From Eledone cirrhosa (Eukaryota): a stretch of 64,000 nt of DNA. Below the pieces are notes generated by a model, which saw only the letters and a program-made list of their open reading frames with translations, was not told the DNA's origin and ran no database searches. The translations under genes and the position numbers were made by a program. Each line of letters starts with the position of its first letter. Within the stretch, counting starts at the first letter, position 1. This document shows positions 28,401 to 41,049 of this stretch, in pieces. The stretch is from positions 415,710,001 to 415,774,000 of the forward strand of contig OZ024741.1 of NCBI GenBank assembly GCA_964016885.1, given 5' to 3'.

Positions 28401-31400
28401 TTAACTAGGGTCTCTGTTATATTAAATGGTGTCTCTGTTATATTAACTGGGGTCTCTGTTATATTAACTGGTGCCTCTGTTATATTAACTGGGGTCTCTG
28501 TTATATTAACTGGGGCCTCTGTTATATTAACTGGGGCCTCTGTTATATTAACTGGGGTCTCTGTTATATTAACTGGGGTATGTTATATTAACTGGGGTCC
28601 CTGTCATATTAACTGGGGTCTCTATTATATTAACTGGGGTCTCTGTTATATTAACTGGGGCCTCTGTTATATTAACTGGGGCCTATGTTATATTAACTGG
28701 GGTCTCTGTTATATTAACTAGGGTCTCTGTTATATTAAATGGGGTCTCTGTTATATTAACTGGGGTATGTTATATTAACTGTGGCCTCTGTTATATTAAC
28801 TGGGGCCTCTATTATATTAACTGGGGTCTCTGTTATATTAACTGGGGTATCTGTTATATTAACTGGGGTCTCTGTTATATTAACTGGGGTATCTTTTTTT
28901 TTACCTGGGGCCTCTGTTATATTAACTGGGGTCTCTGTTATATTAACTGGGGTCTCTGTTATATTAACTGGGGTCTCTGTTATATTAACTGGGGTATGTT
29001 ATATTAACTGGGGTCTCAGTTATATTAACTGTGGCCTCTGTTATATTAACTGGGGCCTCTATTATATTAACTGGGGTCTCTGTTATATTAACTGGGGTCT
29101 CTGTTATATTAACTGGGGTCACTGTAATATTAACTGGGGTCTCTATTATATTAACTGGGGTCTCTGTTATATTAACTGGGATCTCTGTTATATTAACTGG
29201 GGTATGTTATATTAACTGGGGTCTCTGTTATATTAACTGGGGCCTCTGTTATATTAACTGGGGTCTCTCTTATATTAACTAGGGTCTCTGTTATATTAAA
29301 TGGTGTCTCTGTTATATTAACTGGGGTCTCTGTTATATTAACTGGTGCCTCTGTTATATTAACTGGGGTCTCTGTTATATTAACTGGGGCCTCTGTTATA
29401 TTAACTGGGGCCTCTGTTATATTAACTGGGGTCTCTGTTATATTAACTGGGGTCTCTGTTATATTAACTGGGATATGTTATATTAACTGGGGTACCTGTC
29501 ATATTAACTGGGGTCTCTATTATATTAACTGGGGTCTGTGTTATATTAACTGGGGTATGTTATATTAACTGGGGTCTCTGTTATATTAACTGGGGTCTCT
29601 GTTATATTAACTGGGGCCTCTGTTATATTAACTGGGGCCTCTGTTATATTAAATGGGGTCTCTGATATATTAACTGGGGTCTCTGTTATATTAAATGGGG
29701 CCTCTGATATATTAACTGGGGTCTCTGTTATATTAACTGGGGCCTCTGTTATATTAACTGGGGCCTCTGTTATATTAACTGGGGCCTCTGTTATATTAAA
29801 TGGGGTCTCTGATATATTAACTGGGGTCTCTGTTATATTATATGGGGTCTCTGATATATTAACTGGGGTCTCTGTTATATTAACTGGGGTCTCTGATATA
29901 TTAACTGGGGTCTCTGTTATATTAAATGGGGTCTCTGATATATTAACTGGGGTCTCTGTTATATTAACTAGGGTCTCTGTTATATTAACTGGGGCCTCTG
30001 TTATATTAAATGGGGTCTCTGTTATATTAACTGGCGCCTCTGTTATATTAACTGGGGCCTCTGTTATATTAACTGGGGCCTCTGTTATATTAACTGGGGT
30101 CTCTGTTATATTAACTAGGGTCTCTGTTATGTTAAATGGGGTCTCTGTTATATTAACTGGGGCCTCTGTTATATTAACTGGGGCCTCTGTTATATTAACT
30201 GGGGCCTCTGTTATATTAACTGGGGGCTCTGTTATATTAACTAGGGTCTCTGTTATATTAACTGGGGCCTCTGTTATATTAAATGGGGTCTCTGTTATAT
30301 TAAATGGGGTCTCTGTTATATTAACTGGCGCCTCTGTGATATTAACTGGGGCCTCTGTTATATTAACTGGGGCCTCTGTTATATTAACTGGGGTCTCTGT
30401 TATATTAACTAGGGTCTCTGTTATATTAACTGGGGCCTCTGTTATATTAAATGGGGTCTCTGTTATATTAACTGGCGCCTCTGTTATATTAACTGGGGCC
30501 TCTGTTATATTAACTGGGGCCTCTGTTATATTATCTGGGGTCTCTGTTATATTAACTAGGGTCTCTGTTATGTTAAATGGGGTCTCTGTTATATTAACTG
30601 GGGCCTCTGTTATATTAACTGGGGCCTCTGTTATATTAACTGGGGTCTCTGTTATATTAACTGGGGTCTCTGTTATATTAACTGGGGCCTCTGTTATATT
30701 AGCTGGGGCCTCTGTTATATCAACTGGGGTCTCTGTTACATTAAATGGGGTCTCTGTTATATTAACTGGGGCCTCTGTTATATTAACTGGGCCCTCTGTT
30801 ATATTAACTGGGGCCTCTGTTATATTAACTGGGGTCTCTGTTATATTAACTGGGGTATGTTATATTAACTGCGGCCTCTGTTATATTAACTGGGGCCTCT
30901 ATTATAGTAACTGGGGTCACTGTTATATTAACTGGGGTCTCTGTTATATTAACTGGGGTCTCTATCATATTAACTGGGGTCTCTGTTATATTAACAGGGG
31001 TCTCTGTTATATTAACTGGGGTCTCTGTTATATTAACTGGGGTCTCTATTATATTAAATGGCGTCTATGTTATTTTAACTGGGGCCTCTGTTATATTAAC
31101 TGGGGCCTCTGTTATATTAACTGGGGTCTCTGTTATATTAACTGGGGTCTCTGTTATATTAACTGGGGTCTCTGTTATATTAACTGGGGTATGTTATATT
31201 AACTGGGGTCTCTGTTATATTAACTGTGGCCTCTGTTTTATTAACTAGGGCCTCTATTATATTAACTGGGGTCTCTGTTATATTAACTGGGGTCTCTGTT
31301 ATATTAACTGGGGTCTCTGTTATATTAACTGGGGTATGTTATATTAACTGGGGTCTCTGTTATATTAACTGGGGCCTCTGTTATATTAACTGGGGCCTTT

Positions 31401-32720
31401 GTTATGTTAACTGGGGCCTCTGTTATATTAAATGGGGTCTCTGATATATTAACTGGGGCCTCTGATATATTAACTGGGGCCTCTGTTATATTAACTGGGG
31501 TCTCTGTTATATTAACTAGGGTCTCTGTTATATTAAATGGGGTCTCTGTTATATTAACTGGGGTCTCTGTTATATTAACTGGTGCCTCTGTCATATTAAC
31601 TGGGGTCTCTGTTATATTAACTGGGGCCTCTGTTATATTAACTGGGGCCTCTGTTATATTAACTGGGGTCTCTGTTATATTAACTGGGGTCTCTGTTATA
31701 TTAACTGGGGTATGTTATATTAACTGGGGTCTCTGTTATATTAACTGGGGCCTCTGTTATATTAACTGGGGCCTCTGTTATATTAACTGGGGCCTCTGTT
31801 ATATTAAATGGCGTCTCTGATATATTAACAGGGGTCTCTGTTATATTAACTGGGGCCTCTGTTGTATTAACTGGGGCCTCTGTTATATTAACTGGGGCCT
31901 CTGTTATATTAAATGGGGTCTCTGTTATATTAACTGGCACCTCTGTTATATTAACTGGGGCCTCTGTTATATTAACTGGGGCCTCTGTTATATTAACTGG
32001 GGTCTCTGTTATATTAACTAGGGTCTCTGTTATATTAAATGGTGTCTCTGTTATATTAACTGGGGTCTCTGTTATATTAACTGGTGCCTCTGTTATATTA
32101 ACTGGGGTCTCTGTTATATTAACTGGGGCCTCTGTTATATTAACTGGGGCCTCTGTTATATTAACTGGGGTCTCTGTTATATTAACTGGGGTATGTTATA
32201 TTAACTGGGGTCCCTGTCATATTAACTGGGGTCTCTATTATATTAACTGGGGTCTCTGTTATATTAACTGGGGCCTCTGTTATATTAACTGGGGCCTATG
32301 TTATATTAACTGGGGTCTCTGTTATATTAACTAGGGTCTCTGTTATATTAAATGGGGTCTCTGTTATATTAACTGGGGTATGTTATATTAACTGTGGCCT
32401 CTGTTATATTAACTGGGGCCTCTATTATATTAACTGGGGTCTCTGTTATATTAACTGGGGTATCTGTTATATTAACTGGGGTCTCTGTTATATTAACTGG
32501 GGTATCTTTTTTTTTACCTGGGGCCTCTGTTATATTAACTGGGGTCTCTGTTATATTAACTGGGGTCTCTGTTATATTAACTGGGGTCTCTGTTATATTA
32601 ACTGGGGTATGTTATATTAACTGGGGTCTCAGTTATATTAACTGTGGCCTCTGTTATATTAACTGGGGCCTCTATTATATTAACTGGGGTCTCTGTTATA
32701 TTAACTGGGGTCTCTGTTAT
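25500..32720. repeat. Near-perfect tandem duplication, unit 3,613 bp (about 25500-29112 and 29113-32720)
   Basis: ORF pairs 26516/30129, 27613/31226, 27791/31404 and 28781/32394, the T9 runs at 28894/32507 and TCACTG at 25506/29119 are all offset by 3613. Confidence 0.92.
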
Positions 32721-33889
32721 ATTAACTGGGGTCTCTGTTATATTAACTGGGGTATGTTATATTAACTGGGGCCTCTGTTATATTAACTGGGGCCTCTGTT
32801 ATATTAACTGGGGCCTCTGTTATATTAAATGGGGTCTCTGATATATTAACTGGGGTCTCTGTTATATTAACTGGGGCCTCTGTTATATTAACTGGGGCCT
32901 CTGTTATATTAACTGGGGCCTCTGTTATATTAACTGGGGTCTCTGTTATATTAACTGGGGCCTCTGTTATATTAACTGGGGCCTCTGTTATATTAACTGG
33001 GGTCTCTGTTATATTAACTAGGGTCTCTGTTATATTAAATGGGGTCTCTGTTATATTAACTGGGGTCTCTGTTATATTAACTGGTGCCTCTGTTATATTA
33101 ACTGGGGTCTCTGTTATATTAACTGGGGCCTCTGTTATATTAACTGGGGTCTCTGTTATATTAACTGGGGTATGTTATATTAACTGGAGTCTCTGTAATA
33201 TTAACTGGGGTCTCTATTATATTAACTGGGGTCTCTGTTATATTAACTGGGGCCTCTGTTATATTAACTGGGGCCTCTGTTATATTAACTGGGGTCTCTG
33301 TTATATTAACTAGGGTCTCTGTTATATTAAATGGGGTCTGTGTTATATTAACTGGGGTCTCTGTTATATTAACTGGTGCCTCTGTTATATTAACTGGGGT
33401 CTCTGTTATATTAACTGGGGCCTCTGTTATATTAACTGGGGCCTCTGTTATATTAACCGGGGTCTCTGTTATATTAACTGGGGTCTCTGTTATATTAACT
33501 GGGGTATGTTATATTAACTGGGGTCTCTGTTATATTAACTGGGGCCACTGTTATATTAACTGGGGCCTCTGTTATATTAACTGGGGCCTCTGTTATATTA
33601 AATGGGGTCTCTGATATATTAACTGGGGTCTCTGTTATATTAACTGGGCCCTCTGTTATATTAACTGGGACCTCTGTTATATTAACTGGGGCCTCTGTTA
33701 TATTAAATGGGGTCTCTGTTATATTAACTGGCGCCTCTGTTATATTAACTGGGGCCTCTGTTATATTAACTGGGGTCTCTGTTATATTAACTAGGGTCTC
33801 TGTTATATTAAATGGGGTTTCTGTTATATTAACTGGGGTCTCTGTTATATTAACTGGTGCCTCTGTTATATTAACTGGGGTCTCTGTTA

Positions 33890-36800
33890 TATTAACTAGG
33901 GTCTCTGTTATATTAAATGGGGTCTCTGTTATATTAACTGGGGTTTCTGTTATATTAACTGGTGCCTCTGTTATATTAACTGGGGTCTCTGTTATATTAA
34001 CTGGGGTCTCTGTTATATTAACTGGGGCCTCTGTTATATTAACTGGGGTCTCTGTTATATTAACTGGGGCCTCTGTTATATTAACTGGGGTCTCTGTTAT
34101 ATTAACTGGTGCCTCTGTTATATTAACTGGGGTCTCTGTAATATTAACTGGGGTCTCTATTATATTAACTGGGGTGTCTGTTATATTAACTGGGGCCTCT
34201 GTTATATTAACTGGGGTCTCTGTTATATTAACTGGGGCCTCTGTTATATTAACTGGGGCCTCTGTTATATTAACTGGGGCCTCCATTATATTAACTGGGG
34301 TCTCTGTTATATTAACTGGGGTCTCTGTTATCTTAAATGGGGTTTCTGTTATATTAACTGGGGTCTCTGTTATATTAACTGGTGCCTCTGTTATATTAAC
34401 TGGGGTCTCTGTTATATTAACTGGGGCCTCTGTTATATTAACTGGGGTCTCTGTTATATTAACTGGGGCCTCTGTTATATTAACTGGGCTCTCTGTTTTA
34501 TTAACTGGGGTCTCTGTTATATTAACTGAGGTCTCTGTTATATTAACTGGGGTCTCTGTTATATTAACTGAGGTCTCTGTTATATTAACTGGGGTCTCTA
34601 TTATATTAACTGGGGTCTCTGTTATATTAACTGAGGTCTCTGTTATATTAACTGGGGCCTCTGTTATATTAAATGGGGTCTCTGATATATTAACTGGGGT
34701 CTCTGTTATATTAACTGGGGCCTCTGTTATATTAACTGGGGCCTCTGTTATATTAACTGGGGCCTCTGTTATATTAAATGGGGTCTCTGTTATATTAACT
34801 GGCGCCTCTGTTATATTAACTGGGGCCTCTGTTATATTAACTGGGGCCTCTGTTATATTAACTGGGGTCTCTGTTATATTAACTAGGGTCTCTGTTATAT
34901 TAAATGGGGTCTCTGTTATATTAACTGGGGTCTCTGTTATATTAACTGGTGCCTCTGTTATATTAACTGGGGTCTCTGTTATATTAACTGGGGCCTCTGT
35001 TATATTAACTGGGGCCTCTGTTATATTAAATGGGGTCTCTGATATATTAACTGGGGCCTCCGTTATATTAACTGGGGTCTCTGTTATATTAACTGGGGTC
35101 TCTGTTATCTTAAATGGGGTTTCTGTTATATTAACTGGGGTCTCTGTTATATTAACTGGGGCCTCTGTTATATTAACTGGGGCCTCCATTATATTAACTG
35201 GGGTCTCTGTTATATTAACTGGGGTCTCTGTTATCTTAAATGGGGTTTCTGTTATATTAACTGGGGTCTCTGTTATATTAACTGGTGCCTCTGTTATATT
35301 AACTGGGGTCTCTGTTATATTAACTGGGGCCTCTGTTATATTAACTGGGGTCTCTGTTATATTAACTGGGCCCTCTGTTATATTAACTGGGGCCTCTGTT
35401 ATATTAACTGGGGCCTCTGTTATATTAAATGGGGTCTCTGTTATATTAACTGGCGCCTCTGTTATATTAACTGGGGCCTCTGTTATATTAACTGGGGTCT
35501 CTGTTATATTAACTAGGGTCTCTGTTATATTAAATGGGGTCTCTGTTATATTAACTGGGGTCTCTGTTATATTAACTGGTGCCTCTGTTATATTAACTGG
35601 GGTCTCTGTTATATTAACTGGGGCCTCTGTTATATTAACTGGGGCCTCTGTTATATTAACTGGGGTCTCTGCTATATTAACTGGGGTCTCTGTTATATTA
35701 ACTGGGGTATGTTATATTAACTGGGGTCTCTGTAATATTAACTGGGGTCTCTATTATATTAACTGGGGTCTCTGTTATATTAACTGGGGCCTCTGTTATA
35801 TTAACTGGGGCCTCTGTTATATTAACTGGGGTCTCTGTTATATTAACTAGGGTCTCTGTTATATTAAATGGGGTCTCTGTTATATTAACTGGGGTTTCTG
35901 TTATATTAACTGGTGCCTCTGTTATATTAACTGGGGTCTCTGTTATATTAACTGGGGTCTCTGTTATATTAACTGGGGCCTCTGTTATATTAACTGGGGT
36001 CTCTGTTATATTAACTGGGGCCTCTGTTATATTAACTGGGGTCTCTGTTATATTAACTGGTGCCTCTGTTATATTAACTGGGGTCTCTGTAATATTAACT
36101 GGGGTCTCTATTATATTAACTGGGGTGTCTGTTATATTAACTGGGGCCTCTGTTATATTAACTGGGGTCTCTGTTATATTAACTGGGGCCTCTGTTATAT
36201 TAACTGGGGCCTCTGTTATATTAACTGGGGCCTCCATTATATTAACTGGGGTCTCTGTTATATTAACTGGGGTCTCTGTTATCTTAAATGGGGTTTCTGT
36301 TATATTAACTGGGGTCTCTGTTATATTAACTGGTGCCTCTGTTATATTAACTGGGGTCTCTGTTATATTAACTGGGGCCTCTGTTATATTAACTGGGGTC
36401 TCTGTTATATTAACTGGGGCCTCTGTTATATTAACTGGGCTCTCTGTTTTATTAACTGGGGTCTCTGTTATATTAACTGAGGTCTCTGTTATATTAACTG
36501 GGGTCTCTGTTATATTAACTGAGGTCTCTGTTATATTAACTGGGGTCTCTATTATATTAACTGGGGTCTCTGTTATATTAAGTGAGGTCTCTGTTATATT
36601 AACTGGGGCCTCTGTTATATTAAATGGGGTCTCTGATATATTAACTGGGGTCTCTGTTATATTAACTGGGGCCTCTGTTATATTAACTGGGGCCTCTGTT
36701 ATATTAACTGGGGCCTCTGTTATATTAAATGGGGTCTCTGTTATATTAACTGGCGCCTCTGTTATATTAACTGGGGCCTCTGTTATATTAACTGGGGCCT

Positions 36801-37130
36801 CTGTTATATTAACTGGGGTCTCTGTTATATTAACTAGGGTCTCTGTTATATTAAATGGGGTCTCTGTTATATTAACTGGGGTCTCTGTTATATTAACTGA
36901 TGCCTCTGTTATATTAACTGGGGTCTCTGTTATATTAACTGGGGCCTCTGTTATATTAACTGGGGCCTCTGTTATATTAAATGGGGTCTCTGATATATTA
37001 ACTGGGGCCTCCGTTATATTAACTGGGGTCTCTGTTATATTAACTGGGGTCTCTGTTATCTTAAATGGGGTTTCTGTTATATTAACTGTGGTCTCTGTTA
37101 TATTAACTGGGGCCTCTGTTATATTAACTG
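33890..37130. repeat. Sub-HOR repeat with a 1,951-bp period
   Basis: The GGGGTGTCTG-initiated ORFs at 34174/36125 and 60006/61957, and the minus ORF ends 40225/42176, are each offset by 1951. Confidence 0.75.
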
Positions 37131-38109
37131 GGGCCTCTGTTATATTAACTGGGGGCTCTGTTATATTAACTGGGGCCTCTGTTATATTAACTGGGCTCTC
37201 TGTTTTATTAACTGGGGTCTCTGTTATATTAACTGAGGTCTCTGTTATATTAACTGGGGTCTCTGTTATATTAACTGAGGTCTCTGTTATATTAACTGGG
37301 GTCTCTATTATATTAACTGGGGTCTCTGTTCTATTAACTGAGGTCTCTGTTATATTAACTGGGGTATGTTATATTAACTGGGGTCTCTGTTATATTAACT
37401 GGGTTCTCTGTTATATTAACTGGGGTATGTTATATTAACTGGGGTCTCTGTTATATTAACTGGGGTCTCTGTTATATTAACTGGGGTATGTTATATTAAC
37501 TGGGGTCTCTGTAATATTAACTCGGGCCTCTGTTATATTAACTGGGGCCTCTGATATATTAAATGGGGTCTCTGATATATTAACTGGGTTCTCTGTTATA
37601 TTAACTGGGGTATGTTATATTAACTGGGGTCTCTGTTATATTAACTGGGGTATATTATATTAACTGGGGTCTCTGTTATATTAACTGGGGCCTCTGTTAT
37701 ATTAACTGGGGCCTCTGTTATATTAACTGGGGCCTCTGTTATATTAACTGGGGTCTCTGTTATATTAACTGGGGTCTCTGTTATATTAACTGGGGCCTCT
37801 GTTATATTAACTGGGGCCTCTGTTATATTAACTGGGGCCTCTGTTATATTAAATGGGGTCTCTGTTATATTAACTGGCGCCTCTGTTATATTAACTGGGG
37901 TATGTTATATTAACTGGGGTCTCTGTAATATTAACTGGGGTCTCTATTATATTAACTGGGGTCTCTGTTATATTAACTGGGGTCTCTGTTATATTAACTG
38001 GGGTCTCTGTAATATTAACTGGGGTCTCTATTATATTAACTGGGTTCTCTGTTATATTAACTGGGGCCTCTGTTATATTAACTGGGGTCTCTGTTATATT
38101 AACTGGGGT

Positions 38110-39800
38110 CTCTGTTATATTAACTAGGGTCTCTGTTATATTAAATGGTGTCTCTGTTATATTAACTGGGGTCTCTGTTATATTAACTGGTGCCTCTGTT
38201 ATATTAACTGGGGTCTCTGTTATATTAACTGGGGCCTCTGTTATATTAACTGGGGCCTCTGTTATATTAACTGGGGTCTCTGTTATATTAACTGGGGTAT
38301 GTTATATTAACTGGGGTCCCTGTCATATTAACTGGGGTCTCTATTATATTAACTGGGGTCTCTGTTATATTAACTGGGGCCTCTGTTATATTAACTGGGG
38401 CCTATGTTATATTAACTGGGGTCTCTGTTATATTAACTAGGGTCTCTGTTATATTAAATGGGGTCTCTGTTATATTAACTGGGGTATGTTATATTAACTG
38501 TGGCCTCTGTTATATTAACTGGGGCCTCTATTATATTAACTGGGGTCTCTGTTATATTAACTGGGGTATCTGTTATATTAACTGGGGTCTCTGTTATATT
38601 AACTGGGGTATCTGTTATATTACCTGGGGCCTCTGTTATATTAACTGGGGTCTCTGTTATATTAACTGGGGTCTCTGTTATATTAACTGGGGTCTCTGTT
38701 ATATTAACTGGGGTATGTTATATTAACTGGGGTCTCAGTTATATTAACTGTGGCCTCTGTTATATTAACTGGGGCCTCTATTATATTAACTGGGGTCTCT
38801 GTTATATTAACTGGGGTCTCTGTTATATTAACTGGGGTCTCTGTTATATTAACTGGGGTCTCTGTTATATTAACTGGGGTATGTTATATTAACTGGGGCC
38901 TCTGTTATATTAACTGGGGCCTCTGTTATATTAACTGGGGCCTCTGTTATATTAAATGGGGTCTCTGATATATTAACTGGGGTCTCTGTTATATTAACTG
39001 GGGCCTCTGTTATATTAACTGGGGCCTCTGTTATATTAACTGGGGCCTCTGTTATATTAAATGGGGTCTCTGTTATATTAACTGGGGCCTCTGTTATATT
39101 AACTGGGGCCTCTGTTATATTAACTGGGGTCTCTGTTATATTAACTAGGGTCTCTGTTATATTAAATGGGGTCTCTGTTATATTAACTGGGGTCTCTGTT
39201 ATATTAACTGGTGCCTCTGTTATATTAACTGGGGTCTCTGTTATATTAACTGGGGCCTCTGTTATATTAACTGGGGTCTCTGTTATATTAACTGGGGTAT
39301 GTTATATTAACTGGAGTCTCTGTAATATTAACTGGGGTCTCTATTATATTAACTGGGGTCTCTGTTATATTAACTGGGGCCTCTGTTATATTAACTGGGG
39401 CCTCTGTTATATTAACTGGGGTCTCTGTTATATTAACTAGGGTCTCTGTTATATTAAATGGGGTCTGTGTTATATTAACTGGGGTCTCTGTTATATTAAC
39501 TGGTGCCTCTGTTATATTAACTGGGGTCTCTGTTATATTAACTGGGGCCTCTGTTATATTAACTGGGGCCTCTGTTATATTAACCGGGGTCTCTGTTATA
39601 TTAACTGGGGTCTCTGTTATATTAACTGGGGTATGTTATATTAACTGGGGTCTCTGTTATATTAACTGGGGCCACTGTTATATTAACTGGGGCCTCTGTT
39701 ATATTAACTGGGGCCTCTGTTATATTAAATGGGGTCTCTGATATATTAACTGGGGTCTCTGTTATATTAACTGGGCCCTCTGTTATATTAACTGGGGCCT
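38110..39800. repeat. Copy of about 32000-33670, offset 6,106-6,127 bp, spanning the left/right domain transition
   Basis: Pairs 32394/38500 and 32644/38750 are offset by 6106. AACCGGGG at 33455/39582 is offset by 6127, one extra monomer. Confidence 0.8.
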
Positions 39801-41049
39801 CTGTTATATTAACTGGGGTATGTTATATTAACTGGAGTCTCTGTAATATTAACTGGGGTATGTTATATTAACTGGAGTCTCTGTAATATTAACTGGGGTC
39901 TCTATTATATTAACTGGGGTCTCTGTTATATTAACTGGGGCCTCTGTTATATTAAATGGGGTCTCTGTTATATTAACTGGCGCCTCTGTTATATTAACTG
40001 GGGCCTCTGTTATATTAACTGGGGTCTCTGTTATATTAACTAGGGTCTCTGTTATATTAAATGGGGTCTCTGTTATATTAACTGGGGTCTCTGTTATATT
40101 AACTGGTGCCTCTGTTATATTAACTGGGGTCTCTGTTATATTAACTGGGGCCTCTGTTATATTAACTGGGGCCTCTGTTATATTAACTGGGGTCTCTGCT
40201 ATATTAACTGGGGTCTCTGTTATATTAACTGGGGTATGTTATATTAACTGGGGTCTCTGTAATATTAACTGGGGTCTCTATTATATTAACTGGGGTCTCT
40301 GTTATATTAACTGGGGCCTCTGTTATATTAACTGGGGCCTCTGTTATATTAACTGGGGTCTCTGTTATATTAACTAGGGTCTCTGTTATATTAAATGGGG
40401 TCTCTGTTATATTAACTGGGGTTTCTGTTATATTAACTGGTGCCTCTGTTATATTAACTGGGGTCTCTGTTATATTAACTGGGGTCTCTGTTATATTAAC
40501 TGGGGCCTCTGTTATATTAACTGGGGTCTCTGTTATATTAACTGGGGCCTCTGTTATATTAACTGGGGTCTCTGTTATATTAACTGGTGCCTCTGTTATA
40601 TTAACTGGGGTCTCTGTAATATTAACTGGGGTCTCTATTATATTAACTGGGGTGTCTGTTATATTAACTGGGGCCTCTGTTTTATTAACTGGGGTCTCTG
40701 TTATATTAACTGGGGCCTCTGTTATATTAACTGGGGCCTCTGTTATATTAACTGGGGCCTCCATTATATTAACTGGGGTCTCTGTTATATTAACTGGGGT
40801 CTCTGTTATCTTAAATGGGGTTTCTGTTATATTAACTGGGGTCTCTGTTATATTAACTGGTGCCTCTGTTATATTAACTGGGGTCTCTGTTATATTAACT
40901 GGGGCCTCTGTTATATTAACTGGGGTCTCTGTTATATTAACTGGGGCCTCTGTTATATTAACTGGGCTCTCTGTTTTATTAACTGGGGTCTCTGTTATAT
41001 TAACTGAGGTCTCTGTTATATTAACTGGGGTCTCTGTTATATTAACTGA

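Larger units (their letters stand above)
1..32720. repeat. Left HOR domain: irregular higher-order repeat of about 3.6-3.9 kb
   Basis: The rare marker TCGCGG recurs at 1661, 4802, 8672, 12417, 16128 and 24698. The identical MLNGVSV ORF start recurs at 5976, 9846, 13591, 17281, 26516 and 30129 (spacings 3870, 3745, 3690, 9235, 3613). Markers ACTTAGGTCAC, GGGGACTC, ACTGCGGCC and ATGGCGTCTATGTTATTT were seen only in this half. Confidence 0.85.

Noticed and set aside
28880-28905. T9 run as an intrinsic or Pol III terminator, or a retroposon tail
   Set aside because: It replaces nine bases of a monomer in register, with no strong GC hairpin, inserted sequence or target-site duplication.
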